Positions 1 through 12,325 of a stretch of 64,000 bases of DNA are shown piece by piece (the first letter of the stretch is position 1; each line of letters opens with the position of its first letter). This stretch comes from Mobula hypostoma. Lineage: Eukaryota. The notes beneath the pieces were generated by a model. That model searched no databases. It had not been told where the DNA came from and saw only the letters and a program-made list of their open reading frames with translations. The DNA lies in contig NC_086108.1 of assembly GCF_963921235.1 (NCBI RefSeq), positions 52,826,001 to 52,890,000 of the forward strand, in the 5' to 3' direction. A program made the position numbers and the translations under genes.

Positions 1-677
1 TAAACAGTTTCCATCTAGTGTCAATCGCATGCACTTGCATGGTTATTAGATACTACACTGTGCTTTTAGAGAGAATTTTTAAAAATAGCATTATTTTGTT
101 TGTTTGTGTTCAAAAACCAGCAATTTTTTTTGTTGCTGATATTTAGCGAGATATAAGTAGTAAGACAATTAAAAATTGTTTTGCTCTCTGCGGTTTCAAG
201 TATTCAGGCTTGAGGATGCCAGAAATGGCCATGAGTGAAAATGAAAATGAACTTAAAGAAGGTAGAAACTATGAAAAATTTGAATATATTGACAATCATC
301 TTGAATGTTACAATGAAAATGAAGATTTGGAGGATGCAATAATCAAAAGAACTGTATGAAGGCAGTCCATTATCTGCACTAGGTGCCTGCGCTAATTTTG
401 TTCATTTACAGTCAATCAAAAGAACACAACAGTGCACACTGGATGAATTACTCCATTGATAACTATAATGAACTAACATGCAGTTTTATCGTACTGTTTT
501 AGTATCGATAGTTCTCTAATTTGTTCAGTATTTCATTTAAATACATAACTCGTTACTCCATTTGTGTTTTTTATACCTTTTTAACTATTTCCATGAAACT
601 TTGGCTAATTGGGGTAACCATTTAACTGGGCCAAACTGTGCTGGTTCTGATGTGACCCAATTAACCAGAATCCATTG
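1..677 (+). mobile_element. Tigger/pogo-type DNA transposon remnant (3' part; window starts inside it)
   Basis: Decayed transposase C-terminal motif VADI*RDISSKTIKNCFALCGF near 132-197 (pogo/Tigger W..I...TI.NCF...GF). Ends in the TIR-like CCCAATTAACCAGAATCCATTG at 677, followed by TA. Confidence 0.7.
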
Positions 678-3600
678 TATTACGTTTTGAGGGGATAATC
701 AGTTCTTATTTTTAGGCTCGGGAAGTCATTATAAGGAATGGGGCACCTACCATTTTACAAGCTCAGTGTCATAAGCAAATGATCCTAGTTAATTTACAGT
801 AGGATTTAGATATGAAATTCCCTCTACTTTGCTTTTTGAAGCAGTGCTAAGTGTACCATCAATTATATACAGGATAAATTTCTGCTCCATTAAGCACTCC
901 CACAGTGGGCATAGAAAGATGGTCTCTTCCCTTAGATCTGTTCTTGTGGATTATAGTGCCAAATGTAATGATGACCATATTTGAGTATGTGATCAAGATC
1001 ATTTCTCATTCTCACCATTCAATTCAAGACTCTGAACAACCTGGACTGTACCTAGCTTGAGGGGTGGAAGGTGGGGAATTGAGGAATGTGTTACAGTCCA
1101 TTTCTCACTTCATCATCTGGCCAATTGCATGTAAATTTTCACTATTCACCATGTAGAGCAACCCACAACAGGTCTGCTCGCTGAGCTTCTACTTTCAAAT
1201 GGAGTTCTGAGAGGACCAACTACTGTCATGTACAACCAACTAATTCAATGCTGGCTGAAGATCCATTTTATTAAGTAACTCACTGAAGAAGTGTGTTTAT
1301 TTGCAATCAAAAACAATTTGCTAAGAACAGATCTTATAATTATTAGGAGAATGCATTTTATCTCAGAAATATTATGTGGAGAAATATGTGTGAAAGCTCT
1401 CTGGTATTTCATCTTGTAGTTGTTTGCTAAGCAACTATGGGAAACACCCCACAGTAAAATATGTTTTTAAGATTGTGTCCTGTTGGCAGTGTAGGCAATA
1501 GTTTGTTGTCATGCTAAATACAAATTCTTGTAGTAATGGGTCAACGGCCTAACTTTCTTCATCTGCATTTGAGAGCCTATTGAATTGATGGTAAACAAGG
1601 GAACAGAAGGACAATTCATTGCAGGCCTCTTGGTAACAGATTAGAAATGGTTGGTATGAAGCAATGAAAGAATAATTTTTAATTTAATTGTATGACCATG
1701 AACATTTTGTAATCGGTCAGAGGGGTTCAGTTATGTCCTTTTTGGAAATGGCAGCGGAGAGTTTTACTAGCATTGTAATTGCAAAAACACGATCATATTT
1801 TCTGAGGATTTTTTGTTTCAGTTTTTAACATGAAAGGGTGCTTTTTTCTGAGGGGATATACTGTTCAGTGTGTATTTACAGAGAGGTATGAATATTTGAT
1901 TAAATGAGTCATGGTCTCTGGAGAAATTTAATAACTATGGCATACACAGCACACTCCTTTCACAGTTAACACAGCTGCCAATAATGTCAATGACATTCAG
2001 ACCTTACAAATCTAATATATTCTGTGGAGTAAATTCCTGGTTACAAAGAGATCTATAAAGTGACACTATTCAGATATCAGTTTTGAACTATTATCAGACC
2101 AATTTACTGTGTCTAATTTGTAAAGATTTTTTTCCTACGGAAATGAGCAGCCTTGGGAAAGATTTGGTGGCTTACATTGTGGGCACGTGGTACTGGAGGC
2201 TGCATAACTTCAGTCATTTGGCTTAAAAAGCTCATAATAGATACCTCAAAAATACAATGGAAATAGTTTTTAGTGTAAGTTTGACTGAATAAAACAAAGT
2301 TTTTTTTCACAAAAAAGAATAATTTTTCCCCTTCCAAGGATATCTGAGTCTTTAGCTGCTTTACCCAAGGTTGTCATGCATGAGTTTACATAAAGAGTGC
2401 TGGCCAGTTGTTCCCTGGGGAAGAAGAATCAAACCTAATCATCTACATGCATTTCCCAACAGAGATTACTCAATGGCAATGATTTAAATTGGAATGTAAA
2501 GTTTTTCAGTCGATTTAAACTTTAAACTTAAAAAGTTTCTTTCCTTCAACAGTCTCCAATATGTTTTTGAATAATTGGTTATAAAAATTAAAAGAAAGCA
2601 AGTAACAGAGAGAAGATGAAAAGTAAATTGGATTTGTCTGTTTTAAAGAATCACTGATCAAATTAGTTACTGGGTAATTTAGAAGAGTCATAAGATGACT
2701 AATTTTTGGAAGCCACAATTATTATGTCTCTGTGATATTAGTGCTGTCAACAATAATTGTTTTTGAAACCACCTGAGTCATTTATTGGATTAAGAGACAG
2801 TTATCAGACTTTGAGGGCAAGAAATACACTTCAAATGTATCTAGGGCACTCACTTGTAGAGGTCTAGCGACAGATCATCAGGGACTTGGTGAGGGAGCGG
2901 TATTGGCAAGTCAGTAACATTGATTTAAGTAATGACAGCAGGAGGGTGGGGGTGGTAGGGATCAAGGAATTCAGCAGCTCTGATGACTTTAAGAACTGGC
3001 AACTCCATTGATTTATTCCAGTGCAACAAATCAAGAAACAGTCAGGAGAGGGAACCCTGCAGAATTTTTCCATCTTTGTTGCATGGGATAAGGGGGTTGT
3101 TACGATTAATTTTAGCACTGTATCATTTAAGACTGGATTCTGGAGCAATGATTGGGTACAAATTTGGAGCTTGCTTTATTTACAAAGTTTAATAATGTTC
3201 CAGGTATATCTCGTAGTATGTTGCAGAGGAACAAGGTCCTGTTTGGGCTGAATGAAATCATATGCAGAGATTTAAATTCACATGAGCTTATTAGATCATC
3301 TGCTAAATACAGTTTTTCACTGCAGATCCAGAAAGATATATTTCTTGTGTTTTGAACTAAACAAAACACAACACAGGATGGCTTTATGTTTATCAGTACC
3401 TATAAACTGCTTTTGCAAATACTCAAACTTGACAATTGATTATGGTGCCAAGAAGGAGATGTTACCAAAATAAGTAGATTTTATATGAGGGTTGTGGCTG
3501 GCACTCCAGTGCATTTTCCAGTGCTACCTCAGAACACAAAGCTTACACTTACAGGAGCTGCAAAGTTGCAACTTCATAATTATTTCTATCTGTCTAAAAT

Positions 3601-4088
3601 GGTTCTCAATCACCAAAAATCATCTCTCGAACTTCCCACACTATCCAAAATATGAGACTAATAAGAAATCTTAATTGAAAGAAGTAACATAGTGTGCAAT
3701 TTGTGTAGGAGTATACAATTATGTTTAGTGACAGGACAGAGATGTTCAGTAAATCAGTAATCCAATCTCTTGGTTTTCCCATAATAATATGCAAAACTGT
3801 GATTATACTTGATTACATGCCACATCTTCAGCGGGTCTTGGGGACCAGTGAAATAGGTAGAAATGAGGAGACATGTTTCAATTGTGGTCATTGCATAGTC
3901 ACCTCTGAACTTTAAGCTAATTTGTTTCATTACAAGTTCATTTATTCAACTATGTTTCGTGTGAGATGATTTTATGTAGAATCAGGAAAATCACAATGCT
4001 GGAAAACTGAAAGAGAAGTAGAACATGGTGGGAATGCAGTGTCTCTTAATCTGCATTTGTGAGAAAGGATTAATACTTTGTGACACAG

Positions 4089-4214
4089 GATATACTGCAG
4101 ATGCTGGAAATTTAGAACAATACACAAAATGTGTTGCAGGAGCTCAGCAGGTCAGGCAGTATCTATGGATGGGAATAAACAGTCGCCGTTTCGGACCAAG
4201 ATGCTTCATCAGGA
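4089..4214 (-). mobile_element. Short Penelope-like 3' end (pLTR) insertion with decayed hammerhead
   Basis: Homologous to the terminus of the adjacent PLE. Minus strand reads AGTC-CTGATGA-AGCATCTTGGTCC-GAAA-C-GGC-GACT. Flanked by ctttgtgacacag (4076-4088) and ctctgtgagacag (4215-4227). Confidence 0.75.
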
Positions 4215-4375
4215 CTCTGTGAGACAGCTGAATTAAATATTATCTATGATGTACAAAAATATTCAAATCTGATAACTCAAACACGAGGAATTCTGCAAAT
4301 GCTGGAAATTCAAGCAACACACATCAAAGTTGCTGGTGAACGCAGCAGGCCAGGCAGCATCTCTAGGAAGAGGTA

Positions 4376-4413
4376 TAGTCGACGTTTCGGGCCAAGACCC
4401 TTCATCAGGACTA
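4376..4413 (-). ncRNA. Minimal type I hammerhead ribozyme motif (PLE-associated)
   Basis: Minus strand: UAGUC CUGAUGA A GGGUC-UU-GGCCC GAAA C GUC/ GACUA. Perfect 5-bp stem I, stem II, intact core, and palindromic ACGU in place of stem III. Confidence 0.8.
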
Positions 4414-5471
4414 ACTGAAGGAAGAGCTAGTAAGAGATTTGAAAGTGGGAGGGGGAGGGGGAAGTCCAAAATGATAGGAGAAGACAGGAAGGGGAGGGAT
4501 GGAGCCAAGAGCTGGGACAGGTGATTGGCAAAAGGGATATGAGAGGATCATGGGACAGGAGGCCCAGGGAGAAAGAAAAGGGGAAGGGGGGGAGAAAAGC
4601 CCAGAGGATGGGCAAGGGGTATAGTGAGAAGGACAGAGGGAGAAAAAGGAGAGGGAGAAAGAATGTGTGTATATAAATAAATAACAGATGGGGTACAAGG
4701 GGGAGGTGGGGCATTAGCGGAAGTTTGAGAAGTCAATGTTCATGCCATCAGGTTGGAGGCTACACAGATGGAATACAAGGTGTTGTTCCTCCAACCTGAG
4801 TGTGGCTTCATCTTTACAGTAGAGGAGGCCATGGATAGACATATCAGAATGGGAATGGGATGTGGAAATAAAATGTGTGGCCACTGGGAGATCCTGCTTT
4901 CTCTGGCGGACAAAGCACTCGTGTTCAGCAAAGCGGTCTCCCAGTCTGCGGCGGTTCTCACTAATATATAGAAGGCCACATCGGGAGCACCGGACGCAGT
5001 ATATCTCCCCAGCCAACTCACAGGTGAAGTGTCGCCTCACCTGGAAGGACTGTCTGGGGCCCTGAATGGTGGTAAGGGAGGAAGTGTAAGGGCATGTGTA
5101 GCAATTGTTCCACTTACAAGGGGAAGTGCCAGGAGGGAGATCAGTGGGGAGGGATGGGGGGGGGGACGAATGGACAAGGGAGTCGCATAGGGTGCGATCC
5201 CCGTGGAAAGTGGGGGAAGGGAGGGAAAGATGTGCTTAGTGGTGGGATCCCGTTGGAGGTGGCGGAAGTTACAGAGAATAATATGTTGGGCCTGGAGGCC
5301 GGTGGAGTGGTAGGTGAGGACCAGGGGAACCCTATTCCTAGTGGGGTGGCGGGAGGATGGAGTGAGAGCAGATGTGCATGAAATGGGGGAGATGCGTTTG
5401 AGAGCAGAGTTGATGGTAGAGGAAGGGAAGCCCCTTTCTTTAAAAAAGGAGGACATCTCCCTCGTCCTGGA

Positions 5472-6796
5472 TGAGTTTAAGTTCCCTGTCCCCCACCGCT
5501 TTATTTTCACCATGGATGTCCAGTCCCTATATACTTCCATCCCCCATCAGGAAAGTCTCAAAGCTCTCCGCTTCTTTTTGGATTCCAGACCTAATCAGTT
5601 CCCCTCTACCACCACTCTGCTCCGTCTAGCGGAATTAGTCCTTACTCTTAATAATTTCTCCTTTAGCTCCTCCCACTTCCTCCAAACTAAAGGTGTAGCT
5701 ATGGGCACCATATGGGTCCTAGCTTGCCTGCCTTTTTGTTGGCTTTGTGGAACAATCGCTTCCTGCACATGTGCTGAGCTTGTTGATTTCATTAACTTTG
5801 CCTCCAACTTTCACCCTGCCCTCAAGTTTAACTGGTCCATTTCCGACACCTCCCTCCCCTTTAGATCTTTCTGTCTCTGTCTCTGGAGACAGCTTATCCA
5901 CTGATGTCTACTATAAGCCTACTGACTCTCACAGCTATCTGGACTATTCCTCTTCTCACCACCTCTTGCAAAAATGCCATCCCCTTCTCGCAATTCCTCC
6001 ATCTCCGCCGCATCTGCTCTCAGGATGAGGCTTTTCATTCCAGGACGAGGGAGATGTCTGCCTTTTTTAAAGAAAGGGGCTTCCCTTCCTCCACCATCAA
6101 CTCTGTTCTCAAACGCATCTCCTGCATTTCACGCACATCTGCTCTCACTCCATGCTCCCGCCACCCCACTAGAAATAGGGTTCCCCTGGTCCTCACCTAC
6201 CACCCCACCAGCCTCTGGGTCCAACATATTATTCTCCGTAACTTCCGCCACCTCCAACGGGATCCCACCACTTAGCACATCTTCCCCTCCCACCCCCCCC
6301 CGCTTTCCGCAGGGATCGCTCCCTACACGACTCCCTTGTCCATTTCTTCCCCCATCCCTCCCCACTGATCTCCCTCTTGGCACTTATCCTTGTAAGCAGA
6401 ACAAGTGCTACACATGCCCTTACACTTCCTCCCTTACTACCATTGAGGGCCCCAGACAGCCCTTCCAGGTGAGGCGACACTTCACCTGTGAGTCGGCTGG
6501 GGTGATATACTGCGTCCGGTGCTCCCGATGTGGCCTTCTATATATTAGCGAGACCCGCCGCAGACTGAGAGATCATTTTGCTGAACACGTGTGCTTTGTC
6601 CGCTAGAGAAAGCAGGATCTCCCAGTGGCCACACATTTTATTTCCACATCCCATTCCCATTCTGATATGTCTATCCACGGCCTCCTCTACTGTAAAGATG
6701 AAGCCACACTCAGGTTGGAGGAACAACACCTTATATTCTGTCTGTGTAGCCTCCAACCAGATGGCATGAACATTGACTTCTCAAACTTCTGCTAAT
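5472..6796 (+). pseudogene. Broken PLE RT + GIY-YIG endonuclease ORF
   Basis: Pieced together from track ORFs 5314-5904, 5904-6275 and 5974-6606. It has frameshifts and stops. LFVGFVEQS joins directly to ASCTCAELVDF at ~5757, with no YxDD motif between them. Confidence 0.85.
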
Positions 6797-7091
6797 GCCC
6801 CACCTCCCCCTCGTACCCCATCTGTTATTTATTTATATACACATATTCTTTCTCTCTCCTTTTTCTCCCTCTGTCCTTCTCACTATACCCCTTGCCCATC
6901 CTCTGGGTTTTTCTCCCCCCTCCCCCTTTTCCTTCTCCCTGGGCCTCCTGTCCCATGATCCTCTCATATCCCTTTTGCCAATCACCTGTCCAGCTCTTGG
7001 CTCCATTCCTCCCCCTCTTGTCTTCTCCTATCATTTTGGATCTCCCCCTCCCCCTCCCACTTTCAAATCTCTTACTAACTCTTCCTTCAGT

Positions 7092-7129
7092 TAGTCTTGA
7101 CGAAGGGTCTTGGCCCGAAACGTCAACTG
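7092..7129 (+). ncRNA. Degenerate hammerhead motif in the plus arm of the PLE
   Basis: TAGTC TTGACGA A GGGTCTTGGCCC GAAA C GTC AACTG. The core C3 is changed to T and stem I is weakened. Confidence 0.65.
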
Positions 7130-7547
7130 CACCTCTTCCTAGAGATGCTGCCTGGCCTGCTGCGTTCACCAGCAACTTTTATGTGTGTTGCTCAAATTTG
7201 ATAACTGCTTGTGTAGCATCTTAGCTACCAACCTGAATATTTTATGCCTCTGCCAATAATGCACATTGGATGCAGTATACTATTTACAAAATCCAGTAAA
7301 ATATGTCACCCAAACTATCAAATATCTGTCACCAACAAGGGGCAGTGTTTTGGCCTCATGGAAACACCACTACCTGCATGTTCCTCCAACTTGCACAAAA
7401 GATAACATAAGAAAATAAAAAAAAAGTCAGGTGTAGGTTATTCTCCTGTTAGGTCCTTGATTTTCTTAATAGCTAAAAATCTGTCATTCTTTATCAACTA
7501 AATCAAGTGGCTAGAAGTACTTCCACAAGCTTCCGCTAGAAGTACTG

Positions 7548-7648
7548 CAGATCCCCATGGAAGGCAGCTCCTCACCACCTTCCCAAGAGCAATTAGGGAT
7601 GACGATAGCAGCAATGCCCAGATCTCAACAAATGAATGAATGGAAAAA
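7548..7648 (+). mobile_element. 3' tail of an ancient CR1/L2-group LINE or its partner SINE
   Basis: AAGGCAGCTCCTCACCACCTTCCCAAGAGCAATTAGGGATG...AATGAATGAA resembles the tails at ~17780-17864, ~24270-24320 and ~39130-39220. Confidence 0.55.
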
Positions 7649-9094
7649 CTTGTTTAATTGGCTAATAACACTTCTTGATAAAGACAGGCTTCATGTCTCT
7701 GTAAAGGTTCATTTCAGCCTCAATTATACCACAGAGTAACAGCGAACAGAAGAATTCCTTGCCTCTGTCCACATTTAGCACACAAGCAATTAATAGTTTG
7801 TTTTAGAGTTGCAATAAACATTGTGGTAACTCACTGGCAGTCAGTTGTAATTGTGATCATGAATCAGCTCAATTGATAATCACAGTGAGCAAATCACCAT
7901 CAACTTAATGTTTTAATCCAATCTTGTTGAGCATGAATGGTTTATATTAAAAACAAGAAGGATTATGTTTTGTGTGTAGACAGCTGAGCATGTACAATTT
8001 CATCTTTTGATATGTTCAAACATTTTGTTCTTCTAATCATTGTATTAATTTGCTGAAGGCAACTTGCAACCATTTTCATCATGGATGTAATCATTTATAA
8101 TTTACAATCTGGAAATGCAAGTCTTTAAGTAAGAACAATAAAATACACCCAATTTATGAGGGACAAAATGTGAATGGGAGAGGCCAAGCTATGTTGAGAA
8201 ATTTAAATATTAACATCGGTCCAGAATAGAAATTTTAAATATATGATTACTAAAATCCTATTGTAATCATAGAATAAATATTAGGTACTGTTTCAAGGTG
8301 AGCTTCGGATATAGTTTTTTTTTACCAGTTCTATCAATTTACCTGAAGGCACTAAGGATGAAAATATCCTTTAATGATAGTAAATTATCAGCCTATTATA
8401 CACCTGCTTGGTTCTGTTTTCTGTTGCAGTCACTGGAAAATAAAATAAGGCAGTGTGTAGAAGGGGCTACTGATTTATTATAGTCTGTTTGTGCTATCAT
8501 CAAAGAATATCTCCCCCTATGACTCTTGCTGATGTACTGTTCCACAGATGCTGATAGCCTCCAGTGATTCATCCAAATAGTTGTTTATTGTGTGTAACCC
8601 AAGGCAGTGAGTGTTGTCTAGATTTTGAATCTCGGGGTAAAGCAAAATTCTACCCTCACCAAATGTGCATACACTCGTGTGCATAAGCTTTCATAATAGC
8701 AATCAAAAGGAAATCCTAGTTTGATTCTTTTCACTTTAATTTCCCAGTATATTGAAGACAACTGTTGACAGGCAGTTGAAATCTCAGCACAATCCATGAT
8801 AGGTGTGTAAACCAATGTAATAAAAGCAAGGGGCTAGGAATACTCATCAAATCAGGCAGCAGCAGTAGAGAGAGAAACAGAATTGATGTTCCAAGAAAAT
8901 GATCCAACACAACTAATGGATAAATGGAAGTAGTAGAGTAAGATAACTAACCAGTCCTCCTACAAATTTTTACAAATGTAAACCAAGATCTCTATTTTTG
9001 TTATAAGCACCAGTTATTGTAGTTGACAAAGAGAAAGATTCCACTGACCAGTTGACTGAGGAAATGGCAAATCAACTATAAATGAAATTCAAAC

Positions 9095-9325
9095 AACTTA
9101 ACATAGAACAATACAGACTCTTCAACTCACAATGCTTTGGAGATCATTTAACCTACTCCAAGATGATCCTAACCCTTCTCTTCCCCATAGCCCACCACTT
9201 TTTTCTTTCATTCATTGGCCCATCTAAATTCCCTAATTTACTTGCCTCTACCACCACCCCGACAGTGCGTTCTACACATCCACTACTCTGTGTATTTTTT
9301 TAAAAGCCCCCCCTCTGACATTCCT
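9095..9325 (-). mobile_element. Decayed CR1 3' end
   Basis: Starts AACATAGAACA (reverse of the TTCTATG tail) and resembles the reverse complement of the CR1 3' UTR at ~51500-51680. Confidence 0.55.
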
Positions 9326-9352
9326 CCCCTCCCCCCTTCTATAAAGTGCAGG

Positions 9353-9552
9353 TGAAATAAAAACAGAAAATGCTGGAAGCAGGCAACAGGTTAGACAGCA
9401 TTTCTGTCATGGGAACCAGTAAACATTTCAGGCCCAGAACCTTCATCAGAACTCATGATGAAGCAGCTCAGGCCTGAAACATTAACTATTTCTCTTGTCA
9501 CAGTTTCTGCCTGGTCTGTTGGATGTTTCCAGCATTTTCAGTTTTTAACTCA
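9353..9552. mobile_element. Palindromic mini-element made of two back-to-back PLE termini
   Basis: Left arm TGAAATAAAAACAGAAAATGCTGGAA...TTCATCAGAACT and right arm ATGATGAAG...TTCCAGCATTTTCAGTTTTTAACTCA are imperfect reverse complements. Two hammerhead remnants meet at ~9452. Confidence 0.75.
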
Positions 9553-10334
9553 AATCAGCTGTCAGAAACCATTACAAATTGCATACTTAGTTTTGCAAAA
9601 ACTTTAGGTAAAATTGTATACCAATATTATTTAAGTTGAAAGCTGGGTATTTGGGGAAGCACTTAGATTTGGGTAAGAAATTAGATGATGGGTGGAAACA
9701 AGAGATGAAAATACCTGGAAGCAAAGCAGGGGCAGTGCTCATTCACAATTAATTTGGTTTCAGAAACTCAATGTTTCCCCAATGAGCGGATATAAAATTC
9801 AAAGGAACAGTCAAATTGGAAGCAGTCAACCCAGAATTATGTGAGTGTATATTAGGAATTGAAATTTCATACAGTAAAAAATTCAGATTTCTGCATTAGG
9901 ATCAATGGAGAGTAAATATAATCTATAAACTGTACTGAGTATTATAGAGTGAAGTTGAAGACATGGGATTCAAAGTAGTGCAAGAATCACCAAAGCCAAC
10001 AGAATGGTGAACTATGATTTTATAATATAAATCAGAATACACTGCAATCAATCAGCAGAGAGCACACTTGGAACACCATGTTCATTTCTGATCAGACCAC
10101 ACCTTGAGCATTTGAACTCTATATCCAGTTCCAGTTAATTGTGCTTAATTTGGGCAACTGAGATTCAAAACATGCTTCCAAGCACTGAAAGAAAACTTGA
10201 GTATGATCCGCTTATTGGGGCAAATGAATAAATGCTTAATTCAAAAGGTAGTTTTTACAGAGAAGTGGAAAAGTGGGGTTTAGAGATGAGCAGATTTACT
10301 GAGAAAGCTCCAGAGCAAAGTAATGAGACTCCCT

Positions 10335-10920
10335 TGGCAGACAATGCTATCAACCAATACTTACTCTCCAACAACCTTTTTATCAATGTCCAACATGGAT
10401 TTTACTTGGACTATTCAGTTCTGGATCTTGTCACAGTCCTGGATCAAAGGTAGACCGTATAGCTAAATTCAGATATAAGTGAGAGTGCCTGCCCTTGACA
10501 TCATGGCAGCATTTCACAGAGTGTAACATAAAGGTATGGTGCAGCAATTGGCATTAAAAGGAAGATAAGTGGTTGCTTGTTGATGGAAAGCAGTCAATCT
10601 AATCCCAGAACATCACTGAAGTTGTTCTTCATTCAGTGCCTAAACCCAGCCATCTTCAACTGCTTCATAAATGATCTTCCTTTTATTCAAGGATAAGGAG
10701 CCACTTACTGATGATTGATGGTGTTTAAGTCCATTCAATACTCCTCAGCAAATGAATCACTCCATGCCTGCACGTAGCCAGACTGAGACAACGTTCAGGC
10801 AAGGAATGGTAAGTGGTAAGGACCATTTGTTCTACACAAGAGTGCCAGGCACTAACTACCTCCAATAAGATAAAATTTCAATGCCAACTTCCCTTGGCAT
10901 TGAAATCCATTATCACCACT
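10335..10920 (+). mobile_element. Ancient CR1/L2-group LINE, RT part (outer host of the nest)
   Basis: LDIMAAFHRV at 10494-10523 (decayed LDIxAAFDRV) and a downstream IFNCFINDLP-like segment. Resumes at ~17270. Confidence 0.65.
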
Positions 10921-12325
10921 GCATCAAGACCACCTTTAAAAAGTTTCTGACAACTACCACCTGCATATCACCTATGGAACCAGAACACCCAACACACTTG
11001 ACCACTGTTATACTACCACCAAGTACGTTTACAATACCATCTTATGCCAGCTCTTTGGAAAGTCCAATTACCTGACTGTACTTCTAGTCCTGTCGTATAG
11101 GCAGAGACTAAAGCCCACAGCACCTGTGGTGAGGACCAAGAAAGTATGGTCAGAGGAGGTGGAGGAGCACTTACAGGACTGCTGTGAGTTGGTGGATTGA
11201 CAATATTCAGGGAGTCATCTTCAAATCTGAATGAACACGTCACAGTTGTCACCGGCTTCATCAAGACCTGAAGATGAGTGTGTGCCTTTGAGAGCATAAT
11301 GGCCACACCCAAACCAAAAGCCACAGGTGAACCAGGAGATTCATAGTCTGCTAAGGGCTAGATCTGTGGCATTCAAGACCAGTGATCCAGAACTATACAA
11401 GAAATCCAGGTATGACCTACACAAGGCTATTTTAAGAATGAAAAAAAAAACCCATTTGAGGTTAGGGACAGAATTGGATGCACTGGCAGGGTTTTTACTT
11501 CCTACAAGGTGAAACCTAACATTATGAATGGCTACGAGGCTCTATTCCCAGATGAGCTAAATGCCTTTTATGCGCGCTTTGAAAGGGAGAATAAAACTAC
11601 ACCAGTGTGAATCCCTGCAGCATCTGGCGACCCTGAAATCTCTGTCTCAGAGACTGATGTCAGCACATCTTTCATGAGGGAGAACCCTTGCAAAGCCAGG
11701 CCCTGGTGATGTACCTGGTAGGGATCTGAAAACCTGTGCCAACCAACTGGCAAGAATGTTCAAGGACATCTGCAATCTCTTACTGCTGCAGTCATAGTTT
11801 TCCCTACCTACTTCAAAAGGGCAACAATCATACTAATGCCCAGGAAGAACAGGGTGAGCTGCCTCAGTGAAAATTGCCCAGTTGCATCTACTGTGATGAG
11901 ATGCTTTGAGAGGTTGGTCATGGCAGAATCAACTCCTGTCTAAGCAAGGACCTGGACCCACTGCAATTTGCCTACTGTCACAACAAGTCTACAGCAGATG
12001 CAATCTTACTGGCTCTCTACTTGGCCTTGGATCACTTCAACAATAGAAATTCCTACATCAGGCTGCTGTTTATTGTTTACAGCTCCGTGTTCAACACCAT
12101 CATACCCTCAGTACTAATGAACAAGTTTCAAATCCTGGATCCCTGTACCTCCCTCTGTAACTTGCTCCTTGACTTGCTCATTGGGAAACCACAGTCAGTG
12201 CAGGTCGGAAATAACATCAGCACCTCGCTGAAAGTCAACACTGGCACACATCAAGGGTGTGTGCTTAGCCCACTGCTCTACTTTCTCTACACCTGTAGGC
12301 ACAGCTCCAGCACCTTCTATAAATT

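Larger units (their letters stand above)
4278..7191. mobile_element. Penelope-like element with inverted structure: minus arm 4278-5471, plus arm 5472-7191
   Basis: PLE RT motifs MDVQSLYT and KGVAMGT. GIY-YIG endonuclease (VIYCVRCSRCGLLYISETRRRL) is present in both arms in opposite orientation. TSD TCAAAT(C/T)TGATAACT at 4263-4277 and 7192-7206. Confidence 0.93.

Noticed and set aside
2860..3370. Cluster of overlapping short ORFs
   Set aside because: No convincing motif. It may be a very old L2-like relic, but I could not support a call.
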